DNA of 64,000 nucleotides from Macrostomum lignano (taxonomy: Eukaryota), in NCBI GenBank assembly GCA_002269645.1, contig NIVC01000755.1:62001-126000 (forward strand), written 5' to 3'. Below the pieces are notes generated by a model. That model saw only the letters and a list, made by a program, of their open reading frames with translations, was not told the origin of the DNA and did not search any database. The position numbers were made by a program, and so were the translations under genes. Each line of letters begins with the position of its first letter. Positions within the stretch are counted from its first letter, which is position 1. Shown here one piece after another: positions 61,701 through 64,000 of this stretch.

Positions 61701-64000
61701 CTGTAACGACATGCGACTCGTATTTTTAGGTTAAGGCGTTGCGATGCAGCGAGCAGAAATGTATGAAAAAGCAGCAAAAATCGTATAAGTGGCTACCATA
61801 CATACGGAATATTCGATATAAAGCGCGTGCACTGTAGAGCTTCGCTCAAGCGAGAGATGGATCGGGGCGAAGGCAGTTGCTTTGTAAATGGCCTAAACAC
61901 GGGTTCGATTCCCAAGTGGGCCAGGTTTTTTTATATTTAATTTTTTTAGCAGGAACGGATTTATTAGTATTTTCAATTCTCTTTCACTTGAATATAATTT
62001 AATATTAATTGTTTAATTTTCCTTTCCTTGTATACCTTATTAAAGTCAAAGAGTAAGAGTGAAGCTGAAAGTGCGGCACAGATGATTTGTTAGTGCAGAA
62101 AGAGTATTACGATACATATCGGCAAGTATGTGTTGCGTGGTCGCCAGAAGGCTTACAAGCAGTTTTAGCGTGCTAAAAAGATGTGTTAGAGGTGGGAAAA
62201 TTTGCGGAGGGGTTAGGTGGGGGAGCGGGGTGTGGGGGCGGCAGCCCCCACGATACGCAAACCCCACAACAACAACCACCCTCCCCAACAACAACGCGCG
62301 GGAGGGTGGGGGAGCGGGGGTGTGGGGGCGGCAGCCCCCACGTTACGCAAACCCCCAACAACAACCACCCCCCAACAACAACAACAACAACCCCAACAAC
62401 AACAAAAACCCCAACAACAACAACCCCTTTTACAACCAACAAACAACAACAACCGCCTTAACAACCCTTTCTACACAACAGCAGAGTGGATATTCTTGTA
62501 ATCTAATAAAATATTTTTTATTAATATATTTCCACAGTTATGTATAAACTTTGTTTAAATCAAATTGAAAATGCAGTATAGCCGTAAAATATAAAAACAC
62601 GATATAGCGTTTTAATTAGTTCTTAATTTGGGTTAAATAAATAGGTCATAGCCATAAACAATAATGGACATAATAAACCATCATAAGTATTTTTATTAAT
62701 TTTTTAAATAGTTATGCTTAAACTTTGTTTAAATTAAATTATAATCAACTAAGCTTCTTAGTTTTTTTTTTAAATTTAAAATTAGGCCATAAAAGTTACG
62801 AACAATATATAAACCATCGTCCCACCTTTGAAGACGACAGCGTCTTCATTCACTAGTTGTGGGACGATGGAGCCAGTAAGTAGTATAGAAAAAAAGGCGA
62901 GCGAAGCGAGAATTTTTTTCTATGCTGCTTACTTTTGCGAAATCGTCCCTGATAAGATGTGCAACAGATGTGACACACTAAAAATGACGTTTTTCAACTT
63001 TTAAACGCTGCCAATAAAAAACGGTACGACCGATTTGCAAAAAGTTTTTGCCAAAATGTGTCAAAGACTTAGGGCTACCAGAGCCGCAGTAGTTGGTTGC
63101 CATGGCAATGCGTTTTGGTTGCCATGGCAACCAAAAACTGCGTTTTTTCGACATTGTCAAAAAATTTGATCTCAATTACAGCGGCAGGAAATTATGGCAG
63201 CGCTTAGTGAGTGTGCTCAAAAGACGCGGGCATTAAAACGCTACAATGATCCGAAATGGATTTTTTGATTGTACTTTTACTTCACAGGTAAAAGTACAAA
63301 AAACGTGTTTTTTGAGGTCGAAAATTTGGCATTTTTTTCAACTTTGCCTCACCGCAGCGAAAAGGACGCGCGATAGCGCGGCCTTTGAGCTGCCTCATAG
63401 CGTCAATAACACCTGGGGCTGTTTGATGCGCTATAGTTTTTAGGGCTAAAATGTACTTTTCACATGGCTGCCTATCTGCTGTTTAAAAGTACAAATTTTT
63501 AGTGCACTTTTGTGAGGCCTATGGCGTCGAGATGGAAAACTTTATTTTTGCTGTTTTGCATACCAAATAACTCAAATAGATGTCTTTTAATCGGAAACAT
63601 CGAGATTTGGCCGATTGGGCCATCAATAACCTGCCCAGGTGCCAAAGAGTGCCTAAAAACGACATTTTCGAAAAATTGGGTCACGTTTTTAAAAAGTAGT
63701 CCCAAAAAATAAGAAAGTGTTTTATGCTACGGTGTTGAGACTTTAACACAACGTGTCAAACATATGGAAATTTGTTTTCCTGAATTTTCTAAGCATTTGG
63801 ACCTACCTGTGCGGAGCAGTGACCCGGAAACCGGGAAAAAAGAGGCCGGGGGCTCTGCAGAAAATCAGACGTTGTTAAGAAAAATTTTTAAAATGGGGCG
63901 AATTTTTTCGAGTGTAGTGTCAAATTGTAGCCCATCGGATGCCCTTTTGAATGACATAAGACACTCCTGAAAAAACCCCTGTTAACAGGTACTTTTTACC
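55705..64000. repeat. Tandem array of ~3.64-kb units (at least 2.3 copies), each with two ~890-bp internal sub-repeats, an (AAC)n tract and structured motifs
   Basis: TTTTCAACTTTTAAACGCTGCCAATAAAAAACGG recurs with periods 3644 and 3642. Internal blocks such as CCTGTTAACAGGTAC recur ~890 bp apart. No coding signature. Confidence 0.95.

Overview
This is animal genomic DNA, not prokaryotic. The genes have GT-AG introns, most of which are filled with tandem repeats, a style I infer resembles a Macrostomum-like flatworm. Four spliced genes could be rebuilt by hand with consistent intron phases, all on the minus strand: (1) a 501-aa four-repeat uncharacterised protein with an N-myristoylation motif; (2) a 426-aa cytochrome-b5-fused front-end fatty acid desaturase; (3) an NPY/NPF neuropeptide precursor giving a 36-aa GRQRF-amide peptide; (4) a three-Ig-domain, probably GPI-anchored, lachesin/IgLON-like protein. 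There are also three small orphan membrane-protein genes on the plus strand. Mobile DNA includes a decayed single-ORF Ingi-like LINE (APE-RT-RNase H) whose 5' end folds as an HDV-like self-cleaving ribozyme and which carries a nested antisense LINE 3' fragment with a 13-bp TSD. Also present are a CORE-type tRNA SINE, a MITE, a foldback-like element and a MULE transposase fragment. After an N-gap there is a tandem array of ~3.64-kb units carrying RFX X-box palindromes. Most long ORFs in the supplied track are artefacts of minisatellites.
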